A DNA stretch of 64,000 nt from a virus (lineage: Duplodnaviria; Heunggongvirae; Uroviricota; Caudoviricetes). A model generated the notes under the pieces. The model was not told the DNA's origin. It saw only the letters and a list, made by a program, of their open reading frames with translations, and ran no database searches. The position numbers and the translations under genes were made by a program. Below, piece by piece: positions 18,759 to 27,816 of this stretch (the stretch's first letter is position 1; the number at the start of each line of letters is the position of its first letter). The stretch lies in the IMG/VR virus record IMGVR_UViG_3300028887_000068, positions 1-64,000 of that record; one strand, 5' to 3'.

Positions 18759-19155
18759 AAACCTCGATAATTTGGGGTGTGAGACCTCGTTTTCTGTACT
18801 CTAGGGCTACATCTTCTAATAGCCCTATGCACAGCTTGGCTAGATCTGTCTTTTTCATGACAGTGATTCTACGTTCAACGTAGTCATCGTGTTCCGTACT
18901 GTGATTGAGCTTCATAAACTGGCCACATGCAACAAGGGCAGTATAAGTGCTGATCTTATGATCATCAATCATGAAAGCATAGTAATCCATGAAGAATGGC
19001 TCTTCCGGAAGAACTACGAAGTTAATGCAGCGTGTACTTGCCAAGACTTCGAGTCTGATGCTCTCTTCAGGGGCAGTAGTCATACCCATAGCAAAGAGAG
19101 CTTTACATGCCTCCAGCTTTCCTTTAAGATATTCAGTCATAATCCTCCTTTGCAT
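18745..19155 (-). CDS. paralog family A member 12
   Basis: N-motif ALFAMGMTT. C-motif LCIGLLEDVALEY. Confidence 0.55.
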   Translation of the reverse strand: MQRRIMTEYLKGKLEACKALFAMGMTTAPEESIRLEVLASTRCINFVVLPEEPFFMDYYAFMIDDHKISTYTALVACGQFMKLNHSTEHDDYVERRITVMKKTDLAKLCIGLLEDVALEYRKRGLTPQIIEVYDEL

Positions 19156-19548
19156 CTAAGATATAATATCCCAAAGAAAACCGTTCTTTCTGTCCAACTT
19201 TGCTATGCCTTCCATTAGCCCAATGATAAGCATCACTATCCTTCTCTTATCGAGATGCTCAAGCTGCTGATAGCGTATGTCCTGTGTTCCTTGTATAAAA
19301 TTGTACATCTGATAAAGAACAGTGCCGTGGTCAAGCTGTGGCATACACGCTTTTGCCTCAATTTGCGTTGCTGTGCAAAAGGCAAGATTGGATACAGTTA
19401 TTACTGTATTGTTAAAGATGTAGTCACGGTCTACGAAAAAGGTAAGATGACCGCTGCTTTTTAATCCCATAGACTGAGCAGCGCTCTCTATGTATTGATA
19501 ATTCGCTACACAAAGAGCACCATTTCTCATAGCATCTTCGGTATTCAA
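19156..19548 (-). CDS. paralog family A member 13
   Basis: N-motif AAQSMGLKS. C-motif LIIGLMEGIAKL. Confidence 0.55.
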   Translation of the reverse strand: MNTEDAMRNGALCVANYQYIESAAQSMGLKSSGHLTFFVDRDYIFNNTVITVSNLAFCTATQIEAKACMPQLDHGTVLYQMYNFIQGTQDIRYQQLEHLDKRRIVMLIIGLMEGIAKLDRKNGFLWDIIS

Positions 19549-19988
19549 AACGGTATATCCCCCTCTGGAATATTCCCATTCCAGTTAATGTCTTTTAGGC
19601 GGTCTATCTCAGCTAATCTTTCCATGAAGCCAAACAGTCGCTTGCTTATTTTCTCTATCGTAAGTTCAGAGTAATGAGCATTGAGAAAGTCGCCTTGGCC
19701 CTTTTCCAGATGAAAAAGCAGACTCGGGTATCTTTCATCAATGTTATCTGCAAAGTCAGTATACGAATTGAGGTATGGGCCACTTATAAGAAACGCAGGA
19801 TTCCTCAGTTCCAGATATCCCCTAGTAGGCAAAAAGGGAATGATTTGTCCCATTACGTTAGTAAGACCCATAGACTCGCATAGACGAATACAGACTCTAG
19901 ACATATCTTCGGCGTCACAGAAATCAGTCTCCTCTGCGAGTGGCTCATGCACATATTCGTACTGCGTTAAGTATGTGGTGAAATCCAT
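19545..19988 (-). CDS. paralog family A member 14
   Basis: N-motif LCESMGLTN. C-motif RLFGFMERLAEI. Confidence 0.55.
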   Translation of the reverse strand: MDFTTYLTQYEYVHEPLAEETDFCDAEDMSRVCIRLCESMGLTNVMGQIIPFLPTRGYLELRNPAFLISGPYLNSYTDFADNIDERYPSLLFHLEKGQGDFLNAHYSELTIEKISKRLFGFMERLAEIDRLKDINWNGNIPEGDIPF

Positions 19989-20383
19989 AGGTTCCTGTCT
20001 ATCTTGTTGAATTCGTGTTTAAAGACTTCTTCTAACGCGCCAAAGGCTGTAGCTAGAAGTTCGCTCGGTTCTACGGATTCCATTTCGAAGCAGTCATAGT
20101 CGTCGATTTGAGATGCTGTTTCATACCTAGGTCTATACAAGCCGAGACGTACCTCTGGCTGTGTCGTTTCTACTTTCTTGAAGTTTAGTTCTGTAAAAGA
20201 CCAGAGATAGTCCTGATCCTCTATGAAGACAATATCACCGGGAAAGGTAGTATTGAGCTGTATGCCGTATGATATCGCCACCTCAGAATATTCGTCTTCG
20301 TCTCTGTTAAAGGTTCTCTCGTCAAAGAGAAGTGATTTAACGGTTGAATCAAAATTGTAAAATTCCATCAGAGAATTCTCCAT
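19967..20383 (-). CDS. paralog family A member 15
   Basis: N-motif AISYGIQL. C-motif TAFGALEEVFKH. Confidence 0.55.
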   Translation of the reverse strand: MENSLMEFYNFDSTVKSLLFDERTFNRDEDEYSEVAISYGIQLNTTFPGDIVFIEDQDYLWSFTELNFKKVETTQPEVRLGLYRPRYETASQIDDYDCFEMESVEPSELLATAFGALEEVFKHEFNKIDRNLWISPHT

Positions 20384-20730
20384 TGTGAGCGTATGTTTCT
20401 CACGGTTTCCATCATGCCATATACATACCAGAGCATATCGTCAATGTTATCTGGAACGCAATAGTCCGGTATCTTCAATCCAAACACAGATCTCCATATG
20501 GAATTGGTTTGAAGAATGAACGAGTCATCAGACCAATCGGTAAATGTAAAGTCAAAGAAGCTTCCATCATTGAGAGTATTGGGGTCTTCGCCACTAGCGC
20601 GAAGACCGCTTTCATCGTCTCCGAAGAATGTAAGATCGCTCCAACTATCGTCGTCATATCCAATACTTCTTAGGAAGGCATAGCAAACGCCCCTTTCATT
20701 TCTAGTCATTACTCCTCCAGTTAGTTGCAA
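20368..20730 (-). CDS. paralog family A member 16 (start may be the ATG about 21 nt downstream)
   Basis: N-motif FLRSIGYDD. C-motif YVYGMMETVRNI. Confidence 0.5.
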   Translation of the reverse strand: MQLTGGVMTRNERGVCYAFLRSIGYDDDSWSDLTFFGDDESGLRASGEDPNTLNDGSFFDFTFTDWSDDSFILQTNSIWRSVFGLKIPDYCVPDNIDDMLWYVYGMMETVRNIRSQWRIL

Positions 20731-21028
20731 CAGCTTTCACAACTTCTGCAATACCAAACAGGTATGCTATTAAAACATCATTACTAATGGCGCAGCAGAA
20801 AGCTTGAGCTGTCCTTTTATCTCTTATAACATGCGAACTTGTAACAATGCGCAAACCACCCAAGCCGTCAGACAGGCCGAAGTCTTCATTTATCACGTCA
20901 CGACGCTCGTCCATAAAGAACATATAGTCGTCTGTGATGCCATTATCTTCAAATCCCATTATCTTTAGTATTTCATACGGTCTGAAGTCAGTTGACTTCT
21001 CTTGTACGGACTCTCTGCTAAAACTCAT
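20702..21028 (-). CDS. paralog family A member 17
   Basis: Internal ATG at 21028 forms an ATGA overlap with the upstream stop and follows GAGGGT. N-motif ILKIMGFED. C-motif YLFGIAEVVKAV. The longer ORF-track start at 21127 would overlap the neighbour by about 100 nt. Confidence 0.45.
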   Translation of the reverse strand: MSFSRESVQEKSTDFRPYEILKIMGFEDNGITDDYMFFMDERRDVINEDFGLSDGLGGLRIVTSSHVIRDKRTAQAFCCAISNDVLIAYLFGIAEVVKAVATNWRSND

Positions 21029-21384
21029 TCTACCCTCACGGGAAGATAAACTCCACCAAAAGTCCTTAACAACTCGAAGTATCTTTTCAGTCTCTTTTCG
21101 AGAATTCCGAACATAGCCGGTGTACATTCTTCTATACGCTTCTTTCGTATAATGCTTCTCGGAGAGTCATCTACACAAGTATACTTCTCCGGAAGAACAT
21201 TGACGTTGTAATAGAAGTGCATTGTCTTGCAGTATATATCCATGCCAACATTAAGTCGTAATTCTGCATTAAACTCGTCACGAAGACTTCCAAATGCAGC
21301 GAACGAGTTATCAAATCTGACTAGTTCAAAGCCAAGTGACAACAAGGCTCTGAACCCAAATTTTTCTGCGTCGCTTCCTGTCAA
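21025..21384 (-). CDS. paralog family A member 18
   Basis: N-motif LLSLGFEL. C-motif AMFGILEKRLKR. Confidence 0.55.
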   Translation of the reverse strand: MTGSDAEKFGFRALLSLGFELVRFDNSFAAFGSLRDEFNAELRLNVGMDIYCKTMHFYYNVNVLPEKYTCVDDSPRSIIRKKRIEECTPAMFGILEKRLKRYFELLRTFGGVYLPVRVE

Positions 21385-21716
21385 GGATTCCTCCTTATTC
21401 GTTCTTCCTGTCTCTTTTCTATCACTCCATAGATAGCAATAGCCAGAGATCGGAGTTCTTCCGTTCCTTTTATCTTGTAATACGGCTTATACTTTTCTTG
21501 TTTTCCAAATTCTTCATTGAGCCATACAGTATGCTTAAATAAATCTTTGCTAATGCCAGTAAAGTAATAATTAAATTCATACATGCCGTCTACTGGCGGA
21601 CGAAACTGTAACGCATCACCCGCAAAGAGAAGGCCACTACCTGCTACTGGCACAAAACCCATAGCCGCAAAGATCTTTATTATGTCTGCTGGCCCATGAG
21701 CGCTCATTATAATCAT
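21381..21716 (-). CDS. paralog family A member 19
   Basis: N-motif FAAMGFVP. C-motif AIYGVIEKRQEE. Confidence 0.55.
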   Translation of the reverse strand: MIIMSAHGPADIIKIFAAMGFVPVAGSGLLFAGDALQFRPPVDGMYEFNYYFTGISKDLFKHTVWLNEEFGKQEKYKPYYKIKGTEELRSLAIAIYGVIEKRQEERIRRNP

Positions 21717-22024
21717 AGGTCTCTCCTGAACGGCTTGTTCATTCGCACTTCGAGCAAGCTGAAGAAGATAAAGACTATCTCTTCTTCATTAGTTCCTACG
21801 AACTGTGTTACGTTGCCATGAAGCTTAAAGGCTTCCTTAGCGCCTTCGCCAAAATCCGGTCTATACTTTCCGGACTGATTGCTGAATATAAACTCCACTA
21901 GACGGTCACTGGAGTATTCTTCAAGCACTTTCAAGCGAAGATCATCGTTTCCTGGTGTCATAGCTGTCATGTATCCCATCGAGTGGAACATAGAAACAAA
22001 GTCAGCTCCATTTATTCGTCCCAT
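21713..22024 (-). CDS. paralog family A member 20
   Basis: N-motif FHSMGYMT. C-motif IFFSLLEVRMNK. Confidence 0.5.
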   Translation of the reverse strand: MGRINGADFVSMFHSMGYMTAMTPGNDDLRLKVLEEYSSDRLVEFIFSNQSGKYRPDFGEGAKEAFKLHGNVTQFVGTNEEEIVFIFFSLLEVRMNKPFRRDL

Positions 22025-22329
22025 TTCTTACTCCAGTCATAGCCCATATAGTATTGTGTAGCACTTATCTTTTCCAGATGACCAAAAACAATCTTCAGAA
22101 AATCCTCTTTTAATATAAAAGAATCTGTGTCGATGTCATGATCACCTCTTCTAAAAGTAAATGTGCCGGGTGAACATAAGGCAACTTGTGTACATGATGT
22201 TATACGTATACTATTTGTATATGCGAAGTGAAAGTTTATTCTTGGTATAATAAGCGGCGTGTTTATGAAGGCAGCGTCGGCTCCAACTTCATAGCCGAGA
22301 GATTTAAGCGTCCATCGATAAAAGAGCAT
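22012..22329 (-). CDS. paralog family A member 21
   Basis: N-motif LKSLGYEV. C-motif IVFGHLEKISAT. Confidence 0.55.
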   Translation of the reverse strand: MLFYRWTLKSLGYEVGADAAFINTPLIIPRINFHFAYTNSIRITSCTQVALCSPGTFTFRRGDHDIDTDSFILKEDFLKIVFGHLEKISATQYYMGYDWSKKWDE

Positions 22330-22645
22330 AAGAGTCCTTCTCTATTAGAATTTGTACGGCACGTTCCATAGTGCCAAATAAATTCGCAACAAAATTCTCT
22401 CTAGGATCATATGAATACAGCTCTCGTTTGAGTTCGCCATTGTACCTATAGAGCATTCCTACATCATTATCAGAAAAGTCGAACCTCATTTCCACACTTC
22501 CAAATTCAAACTTAAATAGGAAGAAGTATCTTTTGAAAGCCGAGGTCAGACCAAAAGAAGCTGCGCAAAGAGCTATGCCCTCGGCGGACATTAGCTCTAC
22601 TCCACGCCTCTCTCTGTCTGGTCTTAAGTTAGGCATAAACGTCAT
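22304..22645 (-). CDS. paralog family A member 22
   Basis: N-motif CAASFGLTS. C-motif NLFGTMERAVQI. Confidence 0.55.
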   Translation of the reverse strand: MTFMPNLRPDRERRGVELMSAEGIALCAASFGLTSAFKRYFFLFKFEFGSVEMRFDFSDNDVGMLYRYNGELKRELYSYDPRENFVANLFGTMERAVQILIEKDSYALLSMDA

Positions 22646-22992
22646 ATAATATAATCCTTTTTGTACTTATAAGCTGTTTCTAAACATCCGATAGCCAAAG
22701 TCGAGAAGTCGCACTGTACAAACCCTCCGATCGGATAGGACGAGTGCGCATAGTCACCGCACTTTGGTTTACAACCATATCTTCCATAAACATGAATCCT
22801 ATACAACGGATACGGATTTCTTCCCGTTGTGTTAAGCCTGATTAGAGTATCACCAAGACTCCTTCTAAAGTCTAAACTGTATGTTCTACAGCTGTAATCG
22901 CCTTGTCTTGTGTTGACGAAACACAAAGAATCCAAAACCTTGGCTGCTTCGGTTATAGTTATCAAAGGTGAGTATCTTGATTCTTCTGCCAT
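22642..22992 (-). CDS. hypothetical protein
   Basis: 116-aa ORF. Stop-start overlap with the downstream gene. Cys-rich. Confidence 0.5.
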   Translation of the reverse strand: MAEESRYSPLITITEAAKVLDSLCFVNTRQGDYSCRTYSLDFRRSLGDTLIRLNTTGRNPYPLYRIHVYGRYGCKPKCGDYAHSSYPIGGFVQCDFSTLAIGCLETAYKYKKDYII

Positions 22993-23066
22993 ACATTTCT
23001 CCTTGTATACTCTTTATTATATACTATGAAAAAATAAAGCTCATGGACGAATCCATGAGCAATTCT

Positions 23067-23495
23067 TTAGTCGTAGCGTCCTGCGCTAATGAGACGACTT
23101 CCTAGCTGTGCTATCTTTGAAACATATTCCTGATATTCTTTTGCACCGCCGCTGAAGTTATACCTGTCTATTCTTACTTCAATGGAGTCATAGAAAGAGA
23201 TAAGGAGATATAGATCATGCGCATACTGGGTGATAGTTATACGACCAATGTCATCATCTTCCTTCTGGTAATTGATGCATAAGGTTGTAGGCATTTCCTT
23301 ACTGAAATTGGCATGAAGGAAATACGTATTATTGAAGATATTAGGTTTTCCGAAGAAATCCATCAGGTCTTCTATCTTGAGACTTTTTAAGTAGTCTTCA
23401 TTCTTCATTGTCATCTTCAATGCTTCTTCGTATCTAGCATGACTACAGTCTTTGTTAAATTCGTCAAGTCCAGTTAGGGTTTCCTCTAAGAGCAT
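23067..23495 (-). CDS. hypothetical protein
   Basis: 142-aa ORF. Confidence 0.5.
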   Translation of the reverse strand: MLLEETLTGLDEFNKDCSHARYEEALKMTMKNEDYLKSLKIEDLMDFFGKPNIFNNTYFLHANFSKEMPTTLCINYQKEDDDIGRITITQYAHDLYLLISFYDSIEVRIDRYNFSGGAKEYQEYVSKIAQLGSRLISAGRYD

Positions 23496-23544
23496 TTTTC
23501 TCCTTTTTATTTTTTATTTTTAATAATACTTCAGAAAAAAGTCG

Positions 23545-23904
23545 TTAGAGCCATATAAGAATGGTTCGATCTCGTAGTTCTACATTATTGAATGGAAATT
23601 TCATTTCTTTTGTAAAAATGCGCATTATAGAATTTAAGAAATTACTTGTGTCTGTATAATCCTTAAAGGACGTTCCTAGCAAGATATGAATCTCCGTTCT
23701 TAAGGGAGATTTGGAAAACTCGTATAAGAACTTGTGGAACATTAATTGAACACAGCCGTTAGCTTGTATGACTTCGCAAGCTTTATTCAAGTATCTTTTC
23801 TTAAATTCTTCTATAGTCGTAACAGCGTCTTTGTTATGAATAAGCGTCAACTGTTCGAATGTCATCATTTGTCTTTTCTCCGTTTGGATTTGAATTGAAG
23901 CCAC
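23545..23904 (-). CDS. hypothetical protein
   Basis: 119-aa ORF. Confidence 0.5.
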   Translation of the reverse strand: MASIQIQTEKRQMMTFEQLTLIHNKDAVTTIEEFKKRYLNKACEVIQANGCVQLMFHKFLYEFSKSPLRTEIHILLGTSFKDYTDTSNFLNSIMRIFTKEMKFPFNNVELRDRTILIWL

Positions 23905-24128
23905 ATTATCAGATCATGGAACTCGTCTGTAACATAGACAAGAGACCATGCGTCTTTCTTCTTCTTAGGTTCATATACCATCCAACCGTGATAAATATTA
24001 AAAGTCACAGACCATCCATGCCACCATCCAACGATCATGGCAGTAATGATGGAGAAAAGTGCGGAAAACGAGAAGACCGCTACAAGAGTTAGGGCTACCG
24101 CTACTATAAACAAGAATACGTCTAGCAT
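23865..24128 (-). CDS. small two-TM membrane protein (holin-like size)
   Basis: 87 aa with two hydrophobic helices and a basic C-terminus. Confidence 0.45.
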   Translation of the reverse strand: MLDVFLFIVAVALTLVAVFSFSALFSIITAMIVGWWHGWSVTFNIYHGWMVYEPKKKKDAWSLVYVTDEFHDLIMWLQFKSKRRKDK

Positions 24129-24193
24129 AAAACCTCTACAATAAAAAGAGGCGGGAATTGCTTCCCACCCCCTCTCTTCTTATGGCAACAATA

Positions 24194-24838
24194 TTATGCC
24201 TCGTCGCGGAACTTAGCGAATTCGTCATCGATGGAAGCATCCTTTGTTTCAACTTCATCGATATCGTCTTCGCGAAGAATTTCCTGAACGTGTTGTTTAG
24301 CCTTAACGCTATGTTCATATCCGGCGATTTCTTCTTCAATAGCCTTGAGCGTAGCATTGTCAGACGGGCTGATGAGCTGTTCAAGAGTCTTATTAGCCTT
24401 GAGGTTATCAATGATGAACTTGAGCTGTTCTGTACGGCTTTCGAGGCTGTTCTTCTTTTCATTCATGATACGAAGATTGCGCTCGGCTTCGGTCTTGAAT
24501 CCAAGAGCTGTATTATACTGTTCTTCGTATGTCTTGACCTGGCTTTCCCAGTCTTTGTACTTCTTGAAGAACTTCTTGGACTTGTCTTCATCTTCCTTCA
24601 AGAGAGCCTTAGCCTTTTCCTTGTACATGTCGCGATTCTTCTTTGCGTCTTTGAGCTTTTCATCAACTTCATCGAAATTAGCGAAGATTCTTTCAGAATC
24701 CTTCTTATACTTGTCGAACTGGTTCTGATATTCTTGCTTGGAATACTTGAGACGCTTTTCCAAGTCGATCGTTTCTTCAAGTTTGGAAGAGAAGTGGAAC
24801 ACGTTAATCTTTATCCATTTGATGATTGCTTTAAGCAT
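24194..24838 (-). CDS. coiled-coil protein
   Basis: 214 aa, K/E-rich heptads throughout. Confidence 0.55.
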   Translation of the reverse strand: MLKAIIKWIKINVFHFSSKLEETIDLEKRLKYSKQEYQNQFDKYKKDSERIFANFDEVDEKLKDAKKNRDMYKEKAKALLKEDEDKSKKFFKKYKDWESQVKTYEEQYNTALGFKTEAERNLRIMNEKKNSLESRTEQLKFIIDNLKANKTLEQLISPSDNATLKAIEEEIAGYEHSVKAKQHVQEILREDDIDEVETKDASIDDEFAKFRDEA

Positions 24839-24842
24839 TTTA

Positions 24843-25376
24843 TTATTTCTCCTGTGAGTGTTTGGTTAAGATACTGCTAATTTCGTTAACAGTGTTTGGT
24901 TGAACAATTGCGTAGAAAGCGACGCTTTCACGCGGTTTATTGAGGAAAGTGTTGAGCTCATCCTTGCAGATGACTTGTCCATTTTCCTTAATAAGAGTGA
25001 AGTCTGAAGTGTTAAGGAAGAATCCATCGATATGGCATTCTCTAATGTTGAGTCTTGCAAAGACGATTTCGTTTATGCCTTTTGAGACATCGTCAAAGAG
25101 AATGGTATGGATTTTCGTTCCTGCCTTCAGATGAACAATATAGGGCCTGTAGCTTATAGGATTATGACCTTCGTAAACTTCTTCAAAGAGATAAATGGCA
25201 ATCATCTTATCCATTATCGCTTTGTGAAGTCTTGTGATCTTGTCATCACAATCGTAGGTTTCCTTTGCAGCTTGAACCCTATATCTGAATTTCAGCTTGG
25301 CTAATGCGCATGACAAGGCTAATGCCATTATTAACATCACGCCAGCTAGAACAAGTAACATGAGATTAAGAACCAC
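24843..25376 (-). CDS. N-terminally membrane-anchored protein
   Basis: 177 aa with one N-terminal TM helix. Confidence 0.5.
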   Translation of the reverse strand: MVLNLMLLVLAGVMLIMALALSCALAKLKFRYRVQAAKETYDCDDKITRLHKAIMDKMIAIYLFEEVYEGHNPISYRPYIVHLKAGTKIHTILFDDVSKGINEIVFARLNIRECHIDGFFLNTSDFTLIKENGQVICKDELNTFLNKPRESVAFYAIVQPNTVNEISSILTKHSQEK

Positions 25377-26028
25377 TGAGCCTCCTTAGTTCAAGGAACG
25401 TCATGGCGACATTCGCTCGATACTCTTTCGCTTCTTTAGTAGTACCAGAAATCCCTGCTGCGATTCCCATCACAATCTTAGGTATAGGAGCATTCATAGC
25501 TAGAGCTTTACTGGAACCTTGGGGTTGTAGATCCTCTGTTCTCAATCCAGTCAGATTCTGGAGAGTCTTCCTAAATATGTATTCATTAGGATTTAATAGA
25601 GGGAACTCCTCTTCTGTCGGCTTTGGTTTCGGCTTAGGTTGAGGAGGAGGTTTAGGCGGTGGAGGAGCCTCTGACTTTGGCTTCTCCGGTTCTTCTTTAA
25701 TGTCTATGATAACAGCTTTAGGCGGATCCTTGACAACAAATATACGATTTACGCATATCGCTCTGGCCTTAAGGTCTTCATTCGACTCCGTTATGTTGTA
25801 GATATCGGCCTTTTGTTTACCGAGATCATCACCAACGGAACATAGAATCATGTCTATAATGCCGACGCAGATAGCTACCGCAAGAACAATACAGCCAAGA
25901 GCCATAAAGTTCCGGCAGAACAAGGCGATAGACATCATAAACGCAAAGCCTACGGATACACCGAAAGCCGACGTATATTTGTTTATCTCGTCTTGCAGCT
26001 GTGAGGCTGTAAGTTTCTCTTCATTCAT
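25366..26028 (-). CDS. membrane protein with proline-rich linker
   Basis: 220 aa. TM segments plus PPPPKPPPQPKPKPKP. Confidence 0.5.
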   Translation of the reverse strand: MNEEKLTASQLQDEINKYTSAFGVSVGFAFMMSIALFCRNFMALGCIVLAVAICVGIIDMILCSVGDDLGKQKADIYNITESNEDLKARAICVNRIFVVKDPPKAVIIDIKEEPEKPKSEAPPPPKPPPQPKPKPKPTEEEFPLLNPNEYIFRKTLQNLTGLRTEDLQPQGSSKALAMNAPIPKIVMGIAAGISGTTKEAKEYRANVAMTFLELRRLSGS

Positions 26029-26038
26029 ATGTTATTTG

Positions 26039-26608
26039 TCATCTCCTTCCTGCAAAATCCCCGTAAGAGTATTCAGCATCTTCCATTGTGGAGTCTGCTT
26101 CAGCGAGGAAGGGAAAGATGGGAGGGGGAGATTCTTGCTTCTTGCATACTGAGATGCTTCCATAAAAGCTTCCGCCGCTCGGATTCCCTCCGAAAGTGCC
26201 AAACATGGGTGCGCCAGATTCGTTTCCGGCTCCGTTCGAAACTTCGGTGGTTCCTTGAAAGGTTCCGCCCTTAATGGGCATACCCTCCATTTTCGACACA
26301 TTTGCAGATGCAGCATTGAAGAATATTGACTTTATCCAGTCTCGGATATCTGGATCTATGAGAGCGTTACCGTTTTGGTCTTTCGCTATCTTATAACCGG
26401 AATCCTTTAAAAATGGATTCTTTGCCACTCTTCCGTCTATTTCAATGGCAACAATAGAGTTACAATCGCGGGCGCTCACTTCCTGTTTCATCGCTGTGCC
26501 GCTATCAAAGTGGAATTTTACAATGTAATTATTAGCAGACATAAACGTCACGTTACTAAGGCAGAACATGAAGCCTTTAGCAAGAACTCTCACTTCCTTG
26601 AATAACAT
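26039..26608 (-). CDS. paralog family B member 1
   Basis: MLFKEVRVL N-terminus. IVAIEIDGR core. IRDWIKSIFFN motif. Confidence 0.55.
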   Translation of the reverse strand: MLFKEVRVLAKGFMFCLSNVTFMSANNYIVKFHFDSGTAMKQEVSARDCNSIVAIEIDGRVAKNPFLKDSGYKIAKDQNGNALIDPDIRDWIKSIFFNAASANVSKMEGMPIKGGTFQGTTEVSNGAGNESGAPMFGTFGGNPSGGSFYGSISVCKKQESPPPIFPFLAEADSTMEDAEYSYGDFAGRR

Positions 26609-27008
26609 TACTGTTTAACTCCTCTTGGCTGATTGCAGGATCAGCAGCTGGGTTAGGGTTTGTTATAACGCTGGTATTCCAAGATTCCATCCTCGGGAAG
26701 TGCTGCGTTGGCATGTTGTAGAATATGGACTGCAGCCATGCACGTACTTCCGGCAAGATTTTGTCATCAGGAACATTGTTAGCGTTTTGAGGATTAAAGA
26801 ATGGATTTTTATGGCTACGACCATCGATGGCAATAGCAGCTATGCGGTTAATGCTCCGTGCCGTATAGAATGTATGCGTAACCTTTACATTTGGATTTTC
26901 TCCATAGTAAAAGTGCAGTTTGTCTGGTTCCAGCCAAACATTATACACACTTTCCAGCAAGGACAAGTAACCGTCAAATGTCACGAACCTTACTTCTTTA
27001 TACAGCAA
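26577..27008 (-). CDS. paralog family B member 2
   Basis: MLYKEVRFV N-terminus. IAAIAIDGR core. VRAWLQSIFYNMP motif. Confidence 0.55.
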   Translation of the reverse strand: MLYKEVRFVTFDGYLSLLESVYNVWLEPDKLHFYYGENPNVKVTHTFYTARSINRIAAIAIDGRSHKNPFFNPQNANNVPDDKILPEVRAWLQSIFYNMPTQHFPRMESWNTSVITNPNPAADPAISQEELNSNVIQGSESSC

Positions 27009-27010
27009 GC

Positions 27011-27400
27011 TTACCTCGTTGAGTTAAGGGCATCCTGATCTACAACAACATCCTTCGGAGAACTAGGATCGGAGAAGTCTTCAATCTTTGCATAGTTCTT
27101 CGTCGGCATATTTGTAAACACAGCTTGCAGCCAAGCCAAAACATCAGGTTCGATGCTACTGTCACATGCTTCTGATGGAGCTTTTGCAAAGACATTCTTG
27201 TGGAACCTACCGTCGATGATAATAGCAACAATGCAGTTACAAGTCTTTGCTGCAATCTTGGTCTCTCGAACCTGAGTAGCTCCAGCGAACGAAACACTGT
27301 AAATTACCAACTCATTGTTAATTATCATAACTGAGTCAATATTTTCCAGTACAGCGAGTCGTCCGTTGGATGAGACGATTCTTATTTCTCTGTATATCAT
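27011..27400 (-). CDS. paralog family B member 3
   Basis: MIYREIRIV N-terminus. IVAIIIDGR core. VLAWLQAVFTNMP motif. Confidence 0.55.
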   Translation of the reverse strand: MIYREIRIVSSNGRLAVLENIDSVMIINNELVIYSVSFAGATQVRETKIAAKTCNCIVAIIIDGRFHKNVFAKAPSEACDSSIEPDVLAWLQAVFTNMPTKNYAKIEDFSDPSSPKDVVVDQDALNSTR

Positions 27401-27418
27401 TTTTCTCCTGTGGTTAAG

Positions 27419-27787
27419 TTACATAACATTATCATTTACGCAAGGCGTGTTTTCCAGTATTTCTTCAAACCAGTGTGTGACGACAGTTGATATTTCGTCT
27501 TCTTCGCGCTTGCATCTTGGCACTGCATCTTCGGCAAGAGTGTAAACATGCCCGTCTATGATAACCTTTCTTACATAATTGCAGAATCCAGCAGCGAAAT
27601 TATTTACTCCGTTTGCCGAATGAATTGTGCAAGATTTTGACTGCATTTCGAACGATGTTACATCACTAAAGCAAAAGATTCTTGGTTTGTCGAAACCTGT
27701 GAATATCTTCATTGATTTGAAAAGCATATATTGTCTCCATAAGAAAGAAGCCTCCGGAAGCGGTACTATGCAAGTTGGCTCAAGCAA
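27419..27787 (-). CDS. paralog family B member 4 (divergent)
   Basis: KVIIDGHV core and THWFEEILENTP motif. Confidence 0.45.
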   Translation of the reverse strand: MLEPTCIVPLPEASFLWRQYMLFKSMKIFTGFDKPRIFCFSDVTSFEMQSKSCTIHSANGVNNFAAGFCNYVRKVIIDGHVYTLAEDAVPRCKREEDEISTVVTHWFEEILENTPCVNDNVM

Positions 27788-27816
27788 TGAATTAATGCTT
27801 CCATCGGCTAATAGGT

